Of a stretch of DNA of 64,000 nucleotides, positions 1 to 14,880 are shown in pieces. Within the stretch, counting starts at the first letter, position 1, and every line of letters begins with the position of its first letter. Location: NCBI RefSeq assembly GCF_009914755.1, contig NC_060931.1; one strand, 5' to 3'. This DNA is from the human T2T-CHM13v2.0 reference genome, Homo sapiens. Below the pieces are notes generated by a model that saw nothing but the letters and a program-made list of their open reading frames with translations, made no database searches and was not told where the DNA came from. The translations under genes were made by a program, and so were the position numbers.

Positions 1-1389
1 TAGGGTGTCATTTGACTTGTGAAGCATTGAAATCTGGGTATTAAGCACACTGTTTTCTATGTGGTATGGAATGATTCTTAAAGCCCTGAGAAAATGGAAA
101 ATAAAAATATTTTTCCTTTTTACCATAATCACCTATGACTGTCACTCTATCATAAACTGCATAAACTTTATAACCTCAAAACATTTTGGAAATGAAATGA
201 CAGAACTTGCTTACTCAATTGCTTCTATATACACCAAATATTTTTTTAAAGTATTATGTTAAGTCCTTGAAAATATTTTGTTCTACTCAATAGAAGCAGT
301 TTAGGTTGGTAGTTCTATGTGGAAACCGTGAGGAAATAATTTTATATTATGATGACTAGACCAGTCTTTGAACATCACTTTGGTTATTGTTCCATTAGTA
401 AATATTATAATTATTTCTGAGATTTACTCACCTTCAAAGAATGTTGGCAATGCCAGCATTATTAACACTCCTCTAGTTAGAACAAAGAGGAAATGTAATA
501 ACAAAACATAATAATAGCCAAATAAAGAGTGACTTAGAATGTACACCCTTATCTAGGATCCTGAGTAATTCGATTATTCTTAGGAAATACACTTTTGTGC
601 TAGAACAAAGACTTTTGAAATAGCTAATTTCTGGGTTTCTTTTCATTTTGAATTAACTTGAATTTCAAGGAAACAAGGGTAGTTTTTACAGATACAGTGC
701 ATAGAAGCTCTGTGTACAATGAAGAAAAGTAGGAAAGTGAGAAAAATGCCATTAGATTTTTCATCGTTATACTATCTGATATGTGAATTTAACTAAAACT
801 TATATACCTCATTATAGTACTTCCTAATGTAATTTCTTAATTTAAGTGTTCCCCATAAGGTTTTTTTTTATATAAACTTAAGTACTGTTAAATATTTAAG
901 GCAAATTCAGGTATAAAATAAGACTTGTTGATATCTTATTCCAAGCATATTTGTTTCTCTCCTATTTATTTTTATTCTGTGTTCATTTCCAAAATTGTTT
1001 TACTCACAACTGTTTGTTTTTTCTGTTTCATTCTGTGGTAAAGGTATCATTTGGCTAATTGTATAATTTCAGTGTCATTTCTAATATTCCAATTGTGATA
1101 GTATCAACACAAGATTAAATTTCTCTACATGGTTTATGAGAATGGAATGCCAAATTGAAATAGAACAGAGCACAGATGATCTAAATATAAAAAGAACTAC
1201 AAAAATCACAGTTGTTTAAAAAGGTTTTTTGTTTGTTTATATATGGTGCAGAACATTTGTTCCTTAGCCAAATGTTTCCACCTTGAGAAAGCTATAGAGA
1301 TTCTATGTAGTCCTAGTACCAATAATATGTTTTAACCTGAATGTACCTTATCTTTATTCATAAACTGTGACTTTTTACACTGCTGAAAC

Positions 1390-1685
1390 TTTTTTTTTTA
1401 AGACAATCTCACTCTGTCGTCCAGTCTGGAGTGCAGCAGTGGTGTGATCTTGGCTCACTGCAACCTCTACCTTCTGTGTTCAAGCAATTCTGGTGCCTCG
1501 GCCACCTGAGTAGTTGGGATCACAGGTGTACACCACCAGGCCTGGCTAATAGTTTTTGATATTTCTAGTAGAGATGAGTTTTGCCACATTGGCCAGGCTG
1601 GCCTGAAACTCCTGGCCTCAAGTGATCTGCCTGCCTTGGCCTCCCAAAGTGTTGGTATTACAAGTGTGAGCCACTGTGCCTGGCC
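1390..1685 (-). mobile_element. Full-length Alu (old J/S type)
   Basis: poly-T followed by the reverse complement of both Alu arms, ending ...gcctggcc; TSD tgaaact at 1384-1390 and 1686-1692. Confidence 0.95.
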
Positions 1686-2175
1686 TGAAACTCATAATTC
1701 ATTTCCATTAATATTAATCTCACCTTTTCCAATAATTAATTGATTTCACAAGTATTAGTCCCCTATAATCATTGAATGGCTAATAAAATTATTTATAGCA
1801 AACAGATTAATTATCTGCCAGCAGTCTGAGATTAGTTTCTTTAAAAAATGTTTATTATTTAAAACATTCAGCTGTGATCTTGGCTTTCTTGTGAGGTTCA
1901 ATAGTTTCTATTGAGTAAAGGAGAGAAATGGCAGAGAATTTACTTCAGTGAAATTTGAATTCCATTAACTTAATGTGGTCTCATCACAAATAATAGTACT
2001 TAGAACACCTAGTACAGCTGCTGGACCCAGGAACACAAAGCAAAGGAAGATGAAATTGTGTGTACCTTGATATTGGTACACACATCAAATGGTGTGATGT
2101 GAATTTAGATGTGGGCATGGGAGGAATAGGTGAAGATGTTAGAAAAAAAATCAACTGTGTCTTGTTCCATTCCAG

Positions 2176-2213
2176 GTGGCTGCTTCTTTGGTTGTGCTGT
2201 GGCTCCTTGGAAA
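2176..2213 (+). CDS. CFTR: CFTR exon 16 (legacy 14b), 38 nt, c.2620-2657, end of TM7
   Basis: ttccag|GTGGCT...GGAAA|gtgagt; translates VAASLVVLWLLG(N); too short to appear in the ORF track. Confidence 0.98.
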
Positions 2214-2372
2214 GTGAGTATTCCATGTCCTATTGTGTAGATTGTGTTTTATTTCTGTTGATTAAATATTGTAATCCACTATGTTTGTATGTATTGTAAT
2301 CCACTTTGTTTCATTTCTCCCAAGCATTATGGTAGTGGAAAGATAAGGTTTTTTGTTTAAATGATGACCATT

Positions 2373-2545
2373 AGTTGGGTGAGGTGACACATTCCTGTAG
2401 TCCTAGCTCCTCCACAGGCTGACGCAGGAGGATCACTTGAGCCCAGGAGTTCAGGGCTGTAGTGTTGTATCATTGTGAGTAGCCACCGCACTCCAGCCTG
2501 GACAATATAGTGAGATCCTATATCTAAAATAAAATAAAATAAAAT
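2373..2545 (+). mobile_element. Free Alu monomer (FAM-like)
   Basis: single monomer with the 7SL-like gtgagtagccaccgcactccagcctgg segment and a (TAAAA)n tail. Confidence 0.8.
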
Positions 2546-2738
2546 GAATAAATTGTGAGCATGTGCAGCTCCTGCAGTTTCTAAAGAATATAGTTCTGTT
2601 CAGTTTCTGTGAAACACAATAAAAATATTTGAAATAACATTACATATTTAGGGTTTTCTTCAAATTTTTTAATTTAATAAAGAACAACTCAATCTCTATC
2701 AATAGTGAGAAAACATATCTATTTTCTTGCAATAATAG

Positions 2739-3203
<465 letters not shown>

Positions 3204-4149
3204 TAATGGCAGTGCTGGCTTTTGCACAGAGGCATGTGCCCTTTGTTGAACCTCCATTTGACTGGCATGCACATGTCTCAGATATTATAGGTTATCATAT
3301 ATTGTTGCTCCTAATATTTCTGTGTTAGATAATTAGAGTAGCTTGGTTTGTAAGAATGTGATGTTGGTGGGACTGTAGCAGAACAAGAAGGCCCTTATGG
3401 GTCAGTCATACCTCTCTTTTCAAATATTTGGTCTAGCTCTCTTCTGGGCATCTTGTTGCCAATATATAGTATTGCTCAAAAGGGCAGGAGATTTGAAGTG
3501 ATCAAGGAAAATATATTTTTTCTATTGATTAAGTCTTTTGATGGGGTAGAATAATCTAATTTCATGTAACTGCTCAAAGTTATATGGTAGGGGGATCCCA
3601 AATGTATTTTAAAACTATTTTTATATCATCATATTTGAAGTAATAGAAAGTCAGAGTAGCAGAATAAAGGTACTAAAAATTTTAAAAACTAATAAGGTAC
3701 TTTGAAAGAAATCAATTATGTTGATTCCTCATTAAACAAATTTGCACTTAAAGACTGAGGTTAATAAGGATTTCCCCAAGTTTTTTCATAGCAACCTGTG
3801 AGCACTTTCTCTGTTGAGGCATTTATGGTATGAAAAGATGAGTAAGGCACAGTTCTTGCCCTGGAGAAGGTCACAGGTGAGAGGAGGAGTTGACACAGAA
3901 ACATTTGATATAAAGCAAGGAATAAATTCCAAGACTAAAATTTTCAGAAATCTAAAAAACTCAAGATAAGAAAAACCCATTATATTTTCTGGGTAACAAA
4001 ATTTCAGTGTTATTAACATGTAGGAAGATCTTGATATTTATTCTGAAGCCCATGTGTGTTGCTGAAATATTGCCGCATTTGCATATACTCATCACCATCC
4101 TCTGTTTTGGAGCTAAGAATTTTAGACTCAAGATGTCTAATTAAGTTGA

Positions 4150-4350
4150 TCCATTGATTTTATTTTTTATGGAAATCTGAGACCCACAGAAGGCAGGGGA
4201 TTTGCCCACATTTCTAGAAGAGTCAGACATGAGCGATGAGGCACAGTGGAAAGAACATGAGCATTGCCTGAGCTCTGAGTTGGCGCTATAAGAGCAGTGA
4301 TCATGGGCAAGTGACTCTTCTGAGCCTTGGCCTCCTCACCTGTTAAGTGA
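4150..4350. mobile_element. MIR fragments
   Basis: ggaaatctgagacccacagaagg and gggcaagtgactcttctgagccttggcctcctcacctgttaa resemble the MIR core in opposite orientations; edges approximate. Confidence 0.55.
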
Positions 4351-4699
4351 AGAAAAGAATATTTCAGAAGATCTTTGTGAGAATGAAACAAGGCAATTTA
4401 CTTGCCTGCTACATAGCCAATGGGAAATCAATATAAGTTCCCCGTGGTTCCCTTCTGTGGGGTTTTGTTCCCACAGAGGGTGCACTGGCCATTCCACTTC
4501 TTCTTTTCCAAGCTCCTCATTCCCTTTAACGCTGTTCATAGTTGGTTCCAAACCATTTGAAATATAATAAGCACCAGGATGGTTTTTTCTTTCCACCAAA
4601 GCAAATTTCATTTTCTAAACACTGTTTATAAATATCAATGGCTATTTTTTCAATTTTTGATTATCATGAAAATATACAAATATGTTTAATTAAATATGC

Positions 4700-5420
4700 T
4701 AAAGAATGTATTAATAAATATGTATTAAATAATTCCTACATATAAGGCCTTTTTGCTTGGGGTATGGGTGATACAAAATAAATGTGGCATGAACCCACTG
4801 ACCTCTAGCAATTTATAACCTAGAAAAAGAGTTATGATATGTTTATAAGTTCCTGTGATATAAGACATGCATATAGTCATTATAACAGAGGTGCAAACAA
4901 GATGTATCAAGTATGTCCAGAGGAGGAAGAGATTAATCCCAGCTGGAGGAAACACTGATGCTTTCTTGCAGCAGGGGCATTTGAGTTGAGAAAGGGAGGA
5001 AACATAGATTTTGACAATGAGAGCTGAGGGGAAAGGGGTTTCAGGTGGAGGGAACCGCATGTGGAAAGCAGGGAGGTAGGAAAGTGTAGAGTGTGTTTAA
5101 AGAATAGACCAGTTTGGCTGAAACAGGATATTTGAGCAGAGGAAGCTTGTACTAGGTAGGTGGGTTGAGGCCAAATTATGCAAGGCATTAAATATTAAAC
5201 TAGGAATTTTGGACTTTATCCTGCAGTTTATGGGGGGTAAATGATAAGATTCAATATCACTTTATTTGTACAGTATTATGTTACATTTTATCTAATTGTT
5301 TGTTTAATTCCTGTCTAGACAATGAATTCCTCAAGGGCAAGGAGCATGGCTTATTCACCTCAGTAATTTCAGTGCCTAGCATTGTGCCTGGTACAAAGTG
5401 GACACTTGTATATAACCTTT
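4700..5420. mobile_element. L2 fragments
   Basis: ctagacaatgaattcctcaagggcaagg...cagtgcctagcattgtgcctggtaca is an L2 3' end; the purine-rich part upstream resembles antisense L2. Confidence 0.55.
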
Positions 5421-5968
5421 TTTAATTGAAGCAACAAGTTGTCAACCTTACAAATGTGAATCCGTGATTCAGATGACAGGTTGAAATGTAGATTGTCTGC
5501 GAAGAGGGCAGAAAGAGAGTATGACAAAGGAGGACAAGACAGTGGGGCAGGCAGGGAGAGAGAGCAGCCAGGGTTTCGGTAGAGGTATGTCAAAAAGGTA
5601 TGGAAGTCAGAGGAGAAGGAGACCCCTATGTTATAGAATACAAATGGAAGGGAAATGATGACAACAGTAAGTTGTCATTAAATGCAAGGTTGCAAAAGTA
5701 AGATTGTAAAGCAGGATGAGTACCCACCTATTCCTGACATAATTTATAGTAAAAGCTATTTCAGAGAAATTGGTCGTTACTTGAATCTTACAAGAATCTG
5801 AAACTTTTAAAAAGGTTTAAAAGTAAAAGACAATAACTTGAACACATAATTATTTAGAATGTTTGGAAAGAAACAAAAATTTCTAAGTCTATCTGATTCT
5901 ATTTGCTAATTCTTATTTGGGTTCTGAATGCGTCTACTGTGATCCAAACTTAGTATTGAATATATTGA

Positions 5969-6124
<156 letters not shown>

Positions 6125-7557
6125 TAAGTATGTCTGTATTATTAAAAAAACAATAACAAAAGCAAATGTGATTTTGTTTTCATTTTTTATTTGATTGAGG
6201 GTTGAAGTCCTGTCTATTGCATTAATTTTGTAATTATCCAAAGCCTTCAAAATAGACATAAGTTTAGTAAATTCAATAATAAGTCAGAACTGCTTACCTG
6301 GCCCAAACCTGAGGCAATCCCACATTTAGATGTAATAGCTGTCTACTTGGGAGTGATTTGAGAGGCACAAAGGACCATCTTTCCCAAAATCACTGGCCAC
6401 AAAGTGTGACATTTTGGCATTGGCATCACTATTTGATGGAAGCCAACCTCCCCCCAAAAGGCCTGTATTAGAATGAAGATGGATTCCCTGGGTGGGTTAC
6501 ACTTGAAACTAGCCTCACCCATGAACACTTTGGCACAGATTAGCTAGCCCATTCCCCCACAGTAAGGACCATAAGGAAGGGACAGAAGCAAAGATAAGTT
6601 TTAGAACAAAAGAGAGGGGAAAGAAAAAATCTAGGGTTTTATGAGGGCTGTCCCTGAGTGATAGATGTGAATAGGCCTCCAGGGCAGGCTGGCTCAGAGG
6701 CTGACTCTTTGGGTTGGGGTGACTGATTGGTGGTGAGGATGGAGAAGAAAAGGGGAGTGGAGGAGGTGAAAGTGACCTTGGGACATTAGGTCTCCATAAG
6801 TGACAGGATTTAAGGAGTGTTGTAAGCTGTGGTTGTTGGACCAGGTTTAAGCACAGCTTCCTGAGCTTCCTGACTGGTTTAGGTCAAGCTCCAGAGAGCA
6901 AATGCCACAGTCTCAGTGATCTCCTTGGAGAAACAGTTGGAATAGGATGTTGCCCATGTTGGGATGAGTCATTGTCCGCTCTTGCTCTTTCCCTACCCCT
7001 GCAAAATAATAATACTGTATTTGATTGAACATATAAAACAAAAGAAGGATTATCACATAAGTATGTATATATAACCAACATTGGCAGGTGCAGAAAAACC
7101 AGACTGTCAGTTTGCCTCATCTGAAATGATTGACACAAACAAATATATTTACTGTCCCAAGTGAACTTTGGCATTTTGGATATCCTTCAGTTGTTCTGTT
7201 TAAAGATATAACTTAGAAGCAGCTGATGGAATATTTAAATCCATGCGTTGAATTCATGCATTCAAAGAAACATGTCCTGAGTCACTAAATGCTGACATTT
7301 GTTTTTCATGTTAAGAGTGTAAATAACTGGTCCCAAATATAATATTATTACATCAGATAAAAACTGGAATGTGAACCTCTTAACTTGATTGTGAAAGTAT
7401 TTGCCAATGGTGCCTCTTGATAATTATTTGAGGCTCACTTCAGAACTCCTCTGGAAGGGTTAATTTTTAAATAGTCATTTTATAAATTAACATTTTTGAC
7501 ATATGTGATGGCTCTCAAATTTTTTCTTTTATGCCAGTTTGAATCATTTCTGCTCAA

Positions 7558-7862
<305 letters not shown>

Positions 7863-8239
7863 CTGTTCAACTTTTAATGCTAAGATTCATTTGTTGTTGT
7901 TTCACAAGTGATTAGGCAGAGGTCTTTTATATTAATTTACCCATTTTATTTGTAAGAGAGTCTCATATTAAGGAAGCATAATATATGACAATCCAAATAC
8001 AGTACAAATTTGGTTAATTTTGATTTTGTTAAATAATTAATCACAGGGGTCCTTCAAATTGTGAGCTCCTCTGGTTATACTTATGTTTTACCTCTGGTTA
8101 TACTTAATTTCAAACAAATGAAATTTCATTCTATTCATGATATTTCAGAAGCAGATCTGTTGCACAAAATAAAGCATACCTATAAATTTTCTTTTTTTAA
8201 AAAAAAGTCTCTGTTCACTCTATTTTCTATTATTTTTCT

Positions 8240-8500
8240 CTTTTTAAAATTTGAATTTTATTGTGGCAAGTCCACTTAACATGAGATTTACCCTCTTAAC
8301 AGATTTTTATGTGTAAAATACAATATTGTTCACCATGGGTAAATGTTGCACAGCAGATCTCTGGAACTTATTCATTTTGCACTACTGAAATTTTATACCT
8401 GTTGATTAGTATCTCCCCATTTCCCTCTCTCCCCTGTCCTGTTACCCATGGTTCTGTTCTTTGCTTCTTTGAGTTTGAGTATTTTGATACCTCATGTAAT
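8240..8500 (-). mobile_element. L1MA-type 3' end fragment
   Basis: acttaacatgagatttaccctcttaaca...cagcagatctctggaacttattcat matches the reverse of an old L1 3' UTR. Confidence 0.75.
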
Positions 8501-9340
8501 CTTCATTCTATTTTCTAACTTTGACAATGTTCTGACAAATTTGCTTTCCGGATTGGAGCACTGTATAGTGAAAATTGAAAATCTTGGTTATTTTCTACAG
8601 ATTCCCACTATTTTACCTTGAGCAGACACTTATCTTGAAGGGTCTCAGATTTGTCACTTGTAGAATGGGGAATATAAACCTGATAATGGTCCCTTTCAGT
8701 TCTAAAGTTATATCAGTTGAAAATACATGTGTCACTTATGGTAACGGGTAGAGAACTGGCTCACTGAACAGCATATGGATATTATAAAGTGGTTTTTTTT
8801 AATCCTTTCTGCAGACAGTTACTTTATACTTTATTCAAATGGATTATTGTGAAGTACATGTTAGCGGACTTTGTACCTTTTAAAAATGTATGTATTTGGT
8901 GTAATGTAGAAATATAGAAATTTATTAAGTATGATTTATTTCAATGTTAAGCATGAGAAAATATGCTCCGAAAGGTTAGATAGCTTGCCTAAATGACAAG
9001 CTTGTATTTCAAGCAGAACTTTCTGAATCAAAAGACTCCAAGACGAATGCCCAGCTTTCAAAAACTGTCTAACCAAAATAAATCCTAAGATTCACCTTCA
9101 TACTAAAATTATTTAAAAATAGTTTATTTTAAATTAATATTCACTTAAAATGTATTTATCATGCAATACTTTAAAGTGTCTGGGAAATGAAAATATCCAA
9201 AGATCAAAGAACACCATGTTTTCAAACTTCAAAAATGTTATCAGTGACCTAAACAATTTTTAAAATTTTCATAGAGCCTATGAAAAATGTACTTGCAAAT
9301 GGCTACTTTCTGACTAGGAATAGAATGGGGAGAGTATTTA

Positions 9341-9753
9341 GTCCAACAATGATAGACTGGATTAAGAAAATGTGGCACATATACACCATGGAACACTATG
9401 CAGCCATAAAAAATGATGAGTTCATGTCCTTTGTAGGGACATGGATGAAATTGGAAAACATCATTCTCAGTAAACTATCGCAAGAACAAAAAACCAAACA
9501 CCGCATATTCTCACTCATAGGTGGGAATTGAACAATGAGATCACATGGACACAGGAAGGGGAATATCACACTCTGGGGACTGTTGTGGGGTGGGGGGAGG
9601 GGGGAGGGATAGCACTGGGAGATATACCTAATGCTAGATGACGAGTTAGTGGGTGCAGTGCACCAGCATGGCACATGTATACATATGTAACTAACCTGCA
9701 CAATGTGCACATGTACCCTAAAACTTAAAGTATAATAAAAAAAATAAAAAAAA
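9341..9753 (+). mobile_element. 5'-truncated young L1 (L1PA2-like), sense to CFTR
   Basis: ORF2 C-terminus DWIKKMWHIYTMEHYAAIKNDEFMSFVGTWMKLENIILSKLSQEQKTKHRIFSLIGGN*, 3' UTR G-tract, GAG (not Ta ACA) diagnostic in gatgacgagttagt, AATAAA and A tail. Confidence 0.95.
9437..9554 (+). other. Latent 118-nt pseudoexon (c.2989-313A>T); wild-type A at 9556
   Basis: acceptor gtcctttgtag|; CAG|gaaggg becomes CAG|gtaggg; 9869-313=9556. Confidence 0.85.
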
Positions 9754-9829
9754 GTTTGAGGTGTTTAAAGTATGCAAAAAAAAAAAAAGAAATAAATCAC
9801 TGACACACTTTGTCCACTTTGCAATGTGA

Positions 9830-10072
<243 letters not shown>

Positions 10073-10696
10073 TGAGATTCTTTATTGTTAATCTACTTAA
10101 AAAAAATTCTGCTTTTAAACTTTTACATCATATAACAATAATTTTTTTCTACATGCATGTGTATATAAAAGGAAACTATATTACAAAGTACACATGGATT
10201 TTTTTTCTTAATTAATGACCATGTGACTTCATTTTGGTTTTAAAATAGGTATATAGAATCTTACCACAGTTGGTGTACAGGACATTCATTTATAATAAAC
10301 TTATATCAGTCAAATTAAACAAGGATAGTGCTGCTATTACTAAAGGTTTCTCTGGGTTCCCAAATGATACTTGACCAAATTTGTCCCTTTGGCTTGTTGT
10401 CTTCAGACACCCTTTCTTCATGTGTTGGAGCTGCCATTTCGTGTGCCCCCAAACTCTACTTGAGCTGTTAGGGAATCACATTTTGCAGTGACAGCCTTAG
10501 TGTGGGTGCATTTTCAGGCAATACTTTTTCAGTATATTTCTGCTTTGTAGATTATTAGCTAAATCAAGTCACATAAACTTCCTTAATTTAGATACTTGAA
10601 AAAATTGTCTTAAAAGAAAATTTTTTTAGTAAGAATTAATTTAGAATTAGCCAGAAAACTCCCAGTGGTAGCCAAGAAAGAGGAATAAATATTGGT

Positions 10697-10756
10697 GGTA
10701 ATTTTTTAAGTTCCCATCTCTGGTAGCCAAGTAAAAAAAGAGGGTAACTCATTAAT
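10697..10756. promoter_or_regulatory. HNF1-like sites in the intron 19 (legacy 17a, about +0.7 kb) DHS region
   Basis: gtaattttttaag and gtaactcattaat resemble GTTAATNATTAAC; position agrees with the DHS17a location as I recall it. Confidence 0.45.
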
Positions 10757-10875
10757 AAAATAACAAATCATATCTATTCAAAGAATGGCACCAGTGTGAA
10801 AAAAAGCTTTTTAACCAATGACATTTGTGATATGATTATTCTAATTTAGTCTTTTTCAGGTACAAGATATTATGA

Positions 10876-11268
<393 letters not shown>

Positions 11269-11356
11269 TAACAAATTTGTTGGTTTATTATTGAACAAGT
11301 GATTTCTTTGAATTTCCATTGTTTTATTGTTAAACAAATAATTTCCTTGAAATCGG

Positions 11357-11429
<73 letters not shown>
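11357..11429. repeat. IVS17bTA microsatellite (AT)8 GT (AT)20 AC (AT)6
   Basis: direct read, about 200 nt after exon 20; classic CFTR haplotyping marker. Confidence 0.95.
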
Positions 11430-11592
11430 GTATTATCCCTGTTTTCACAGTTTTAAAAACCGATGCACACAGATTGTCAGATAGCAATTCTGTGATTGAA
11501 GGGGAAATATGTCACCTCTTCATACTCATATTGGTGAAGGGTCCTAGCTTCAAAATTAATAGATTCCTAAAGAGGGGAAATGAAACATCCGC

Positions 11593-11597
<5 letters not shown>

Positions 11598-11623
<26 letters not shown>
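11598..11623. repeat. IVS17bCA microsatellite (CA)13
   Basis: direct read; classic CFTR marker. Confidence 0.95.
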
Positions 11624-11627
<4 letters not shown>

Positions 11628-11999
11628 TCCTCTTGTCGGTAAGTTTTGTTTTTTTTAAATCTCTACTAGATAAAATTTGTTATCTAATTGTGAGTTTTAC
11701 ACAAAGAAAAACTGTCACAGAAAAGAAAGACAGTGTCACATTTTTCAAAAGAAAAAGAAGAAAAGAAAGTGCCATGTTTTTCAAATACAAATGTTCTGGA
11801 TTGATTTTAGGATCTTTAGTGAAAAACAAAGTATTTCATAATAAGTAAAATAAAAATCTATGTAGGTAAATTTGTTTCTCTAATTTAAGAATTTGAATTT
11901 CTGAGTATTTATGATAAGTGTTGAAATAACTTCTTATATGTGACAGTGAATACTGGCAGAGCAAATGCCAAATCAATGCCAAATCTGTAGGATCATTTG

Positions 12000-12460
12000 A
12001 TTGTAGGAACAGAATTCTACTCAAACCGAAAGCAGGCATTTGCTGGAGTTACAGAAAGGCCTCATGGAACACCGAGAAGGTGGTGCCATTCGACTCTTAA
12101 AGAAGCTGCAACAGGCACAAGAGAGTCAGCTGCAGCTCTTCTTCTTGAGTCTATATCTGTCCTGGGTCCATTCCTTTTTGTGGTTGCTTCATTCCTTTCT
12201 CTCTCTGAAGACTGGTTTTTCTGGTCTACCAGGGCTATGCCACATTGACTTTATGTAGTGTCTCCATTCTGGCCTCCTGAATTTACAGGAGAGTTCCTCT
12301 GTACAAACTCAAAGTCCTGGAGAGAACAGAAAACAGCTTCCTTTTGGCTCAGGGGTCCAACTGCAGTCTACTCTGCTGCTATGAGGATAGTGGGTTCACC
12401 ACCTTTGTTGTTCTCTCAGCTAGGGCAGTGGGAAATGACTCTATGAAAGGAATATACATG
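12000..12460. mobile_element. Possible ancient ERVL-type LTR remnant
   Basis: GC-richer island with LTR33/LTR16-like wording; family not confirmed. Confidence 0.3.
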
Positions 12461-12749
12461 GGCAGGCAAATGTACTAATCCTCATCAGTACTGTAATTTT
12501 AAGCAACTTTAAAAAATTCTTTTAAGTTATTTGAAAATAAGATCAAAGAAGGCTGAATTACATAAATGAAGATTTGTTAACAATTAATTCAAACCAATAT
12601 AACACATGCTATAACATGGTTGAGTGTGATTGAGTCTTGATTTATTAGGGGCAATAATCAAAACATTTAACAATCATTATAGTACAGAACTTACCAATCA
12701 AATCAGATGCTCAGCCGGAGTGGATGTTGGCCACCCAGCTATTATTATC

Positions 12750-12950
12750 CCTGGCTCAATTGGTCTTCAGCTGTGTTAACTTGCAAACATTAATTAACTA
12801 TCTAAGCCCCTCATTTTCCTCAAGTGTAAATAGACACAATAATATTACCTATTCCATAGGTGTGGGGTGAATAGTAAATGTAATAATTTGTCCAAAACAC
12901 TTAGTATAGTGCCTGGTCCATGGTAAATACTAAATAAATGTTATCTGACT
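12750..12950 (+). mobile_element. MIR
   Basis: cctcattttcctcaagtgtaaa...acacttagtatagtgcctggtccatggtaaatactaaataaatgtta. Confidence 0.8.
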
Positions 12951-13910
12951 TATTATTAAAATTTTATCTTCTCAGCTTAACCTTCAGAACAGTAATATAT
13001 TGGGGTCTAGATAAATCTTGCCTATATGAAAATAATTTAATACTACATGCAGATATATGCTGTGTATATTATGCCTTCTGTTAGAGGAATTGCAGAAACA
13101 AAAATTTCAATTAATAATAAGATGAATTATTTCTCCCAATTGTAGAATCTTTTGACAATTTTATCATGCATTACAGATGTAAGAACTCTTGATTGGGACT
13201 TGATAGTCTAACTTTATAATAATTTAAGAACATTCCTCTTAGAGAATTTCTATGGCCATAATACTGAACACATGAATTTTAATTAGCTGTCCTCTTTAGC
13301 CCTAAAAAAAAAATTACTGTAATTTAACACTTAAGTGTTGTTCTTCCCAGGTACAGTAATCTTTTTTTTTTTTTTTTTTTTTTTTTGCATAGAGGGTAAT
13401 CTTTTCTCTTTCCAAATGGCAGAACTGTTAGTTTTCTGACTGTCCGGTGAAATTCTAAGTCCACTTACTTCCCAATAGCATGCAATTAGCAAAGGTCCTC
13501 CTTGCAAAGGCACAGAACACACCTAAACATCTTGCAGATGCTGTTTGGACACTCTTCCCCTGCTTTTGGTCTCTTTGTAAAGCAGCTCATCTGGATACAG
13601 GATCTCTTTTCCCCATTGCCCATTCTAATATATGTTACCGTTATTACTTATAGAATAATAGTAGAAGAGACAAATATGGTACCTACCCATTACCAACAAC
13701 ACCTCCAATACCAGTAACATTTTTTAAAAAGGGCAACACTTTCCTAATATTCAATCGCTCTTTGATTTAAAATCCTGGTTGAATACTTACTATATGCAGA
13801 GCATTATTCTATTAGTAGATGCTGTGATGAACTGAGATTTAAAAATTGTTAAAATTAGCATAAAATTGAAATGTAAATTTAATGTGATATGTGCCCTAGG
13901 AGAAGTGTGA

Positions 13911-14132
<222 letters not shown>

Positions 14133-14199
14133 TGAGTAATAGCATGAGGAAGAACTATATACCGTATATTGAGCTTAAGAAATAAAACATTACAGATAA

Positions 14200-14880
14200 A
14201 TTGAGGGTCACTGTGTATCTGTCATTAAATCCTTATCTCTTCTTTCCTTCTCATAGATAGCCACTATGAAGATCTAATACTGCAGTGAGCATTCTTTCAC
14301 CTGTTTCCTTATTCAGGATTTTCTAGGAGAAATACCTAGGGGTTGTATTGCTGGGTCATAGGATTCACCCATGCTTAACTGAGTGGTGCCAAATTGTCCT
14401 CAAGTCTGTTGTACTGATATATATCCCCATCAAGAGAGTACAAGAATTCTCATAGCTATGTATCTTCAACAACACTTGGTGTCTGGTAGATGTGAAGTGA
14501 TTACTAAAAATATAGGGAAGCTGCATACATAATTATTGGCTTTTGCTGTTCTCTTACATTAATTTCTTATTCATGTTGATTACTCATTTGTCACCTAGTT
14601 TTTTCTTCCTTAATTAAATTGTAGGAATTTATGAATTATGGATTGATCATCAGCTCTATACATTTCAAACATAATCCCTCAGTCAGTGGCTTGGCTTATA
14701 GAGTCTTTTGATGAAAAGAAGCTTTTAAGTTTAATAAAGTTCAATTTATTGTCTTTTCCTTTATGTTTTGTGCTTTTGGTATCTTGATTAAGAACTCCTT
14801 CCTTATATTGGGTTCTCAAATTTAGCAGCATAACATTTTCATACTATTATTTAAATTTTTTTCACATTATTTAGTGATAG
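14200..14880 (-). mobile_element. Ancient L1M(E) fragment
   Basis: aatacctaggggttgtattgctgggtcatagg and ttttgatgaaaagaagcttttaagtttaat are typical of antisense L1 ORF2. Confidence 0.65.
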
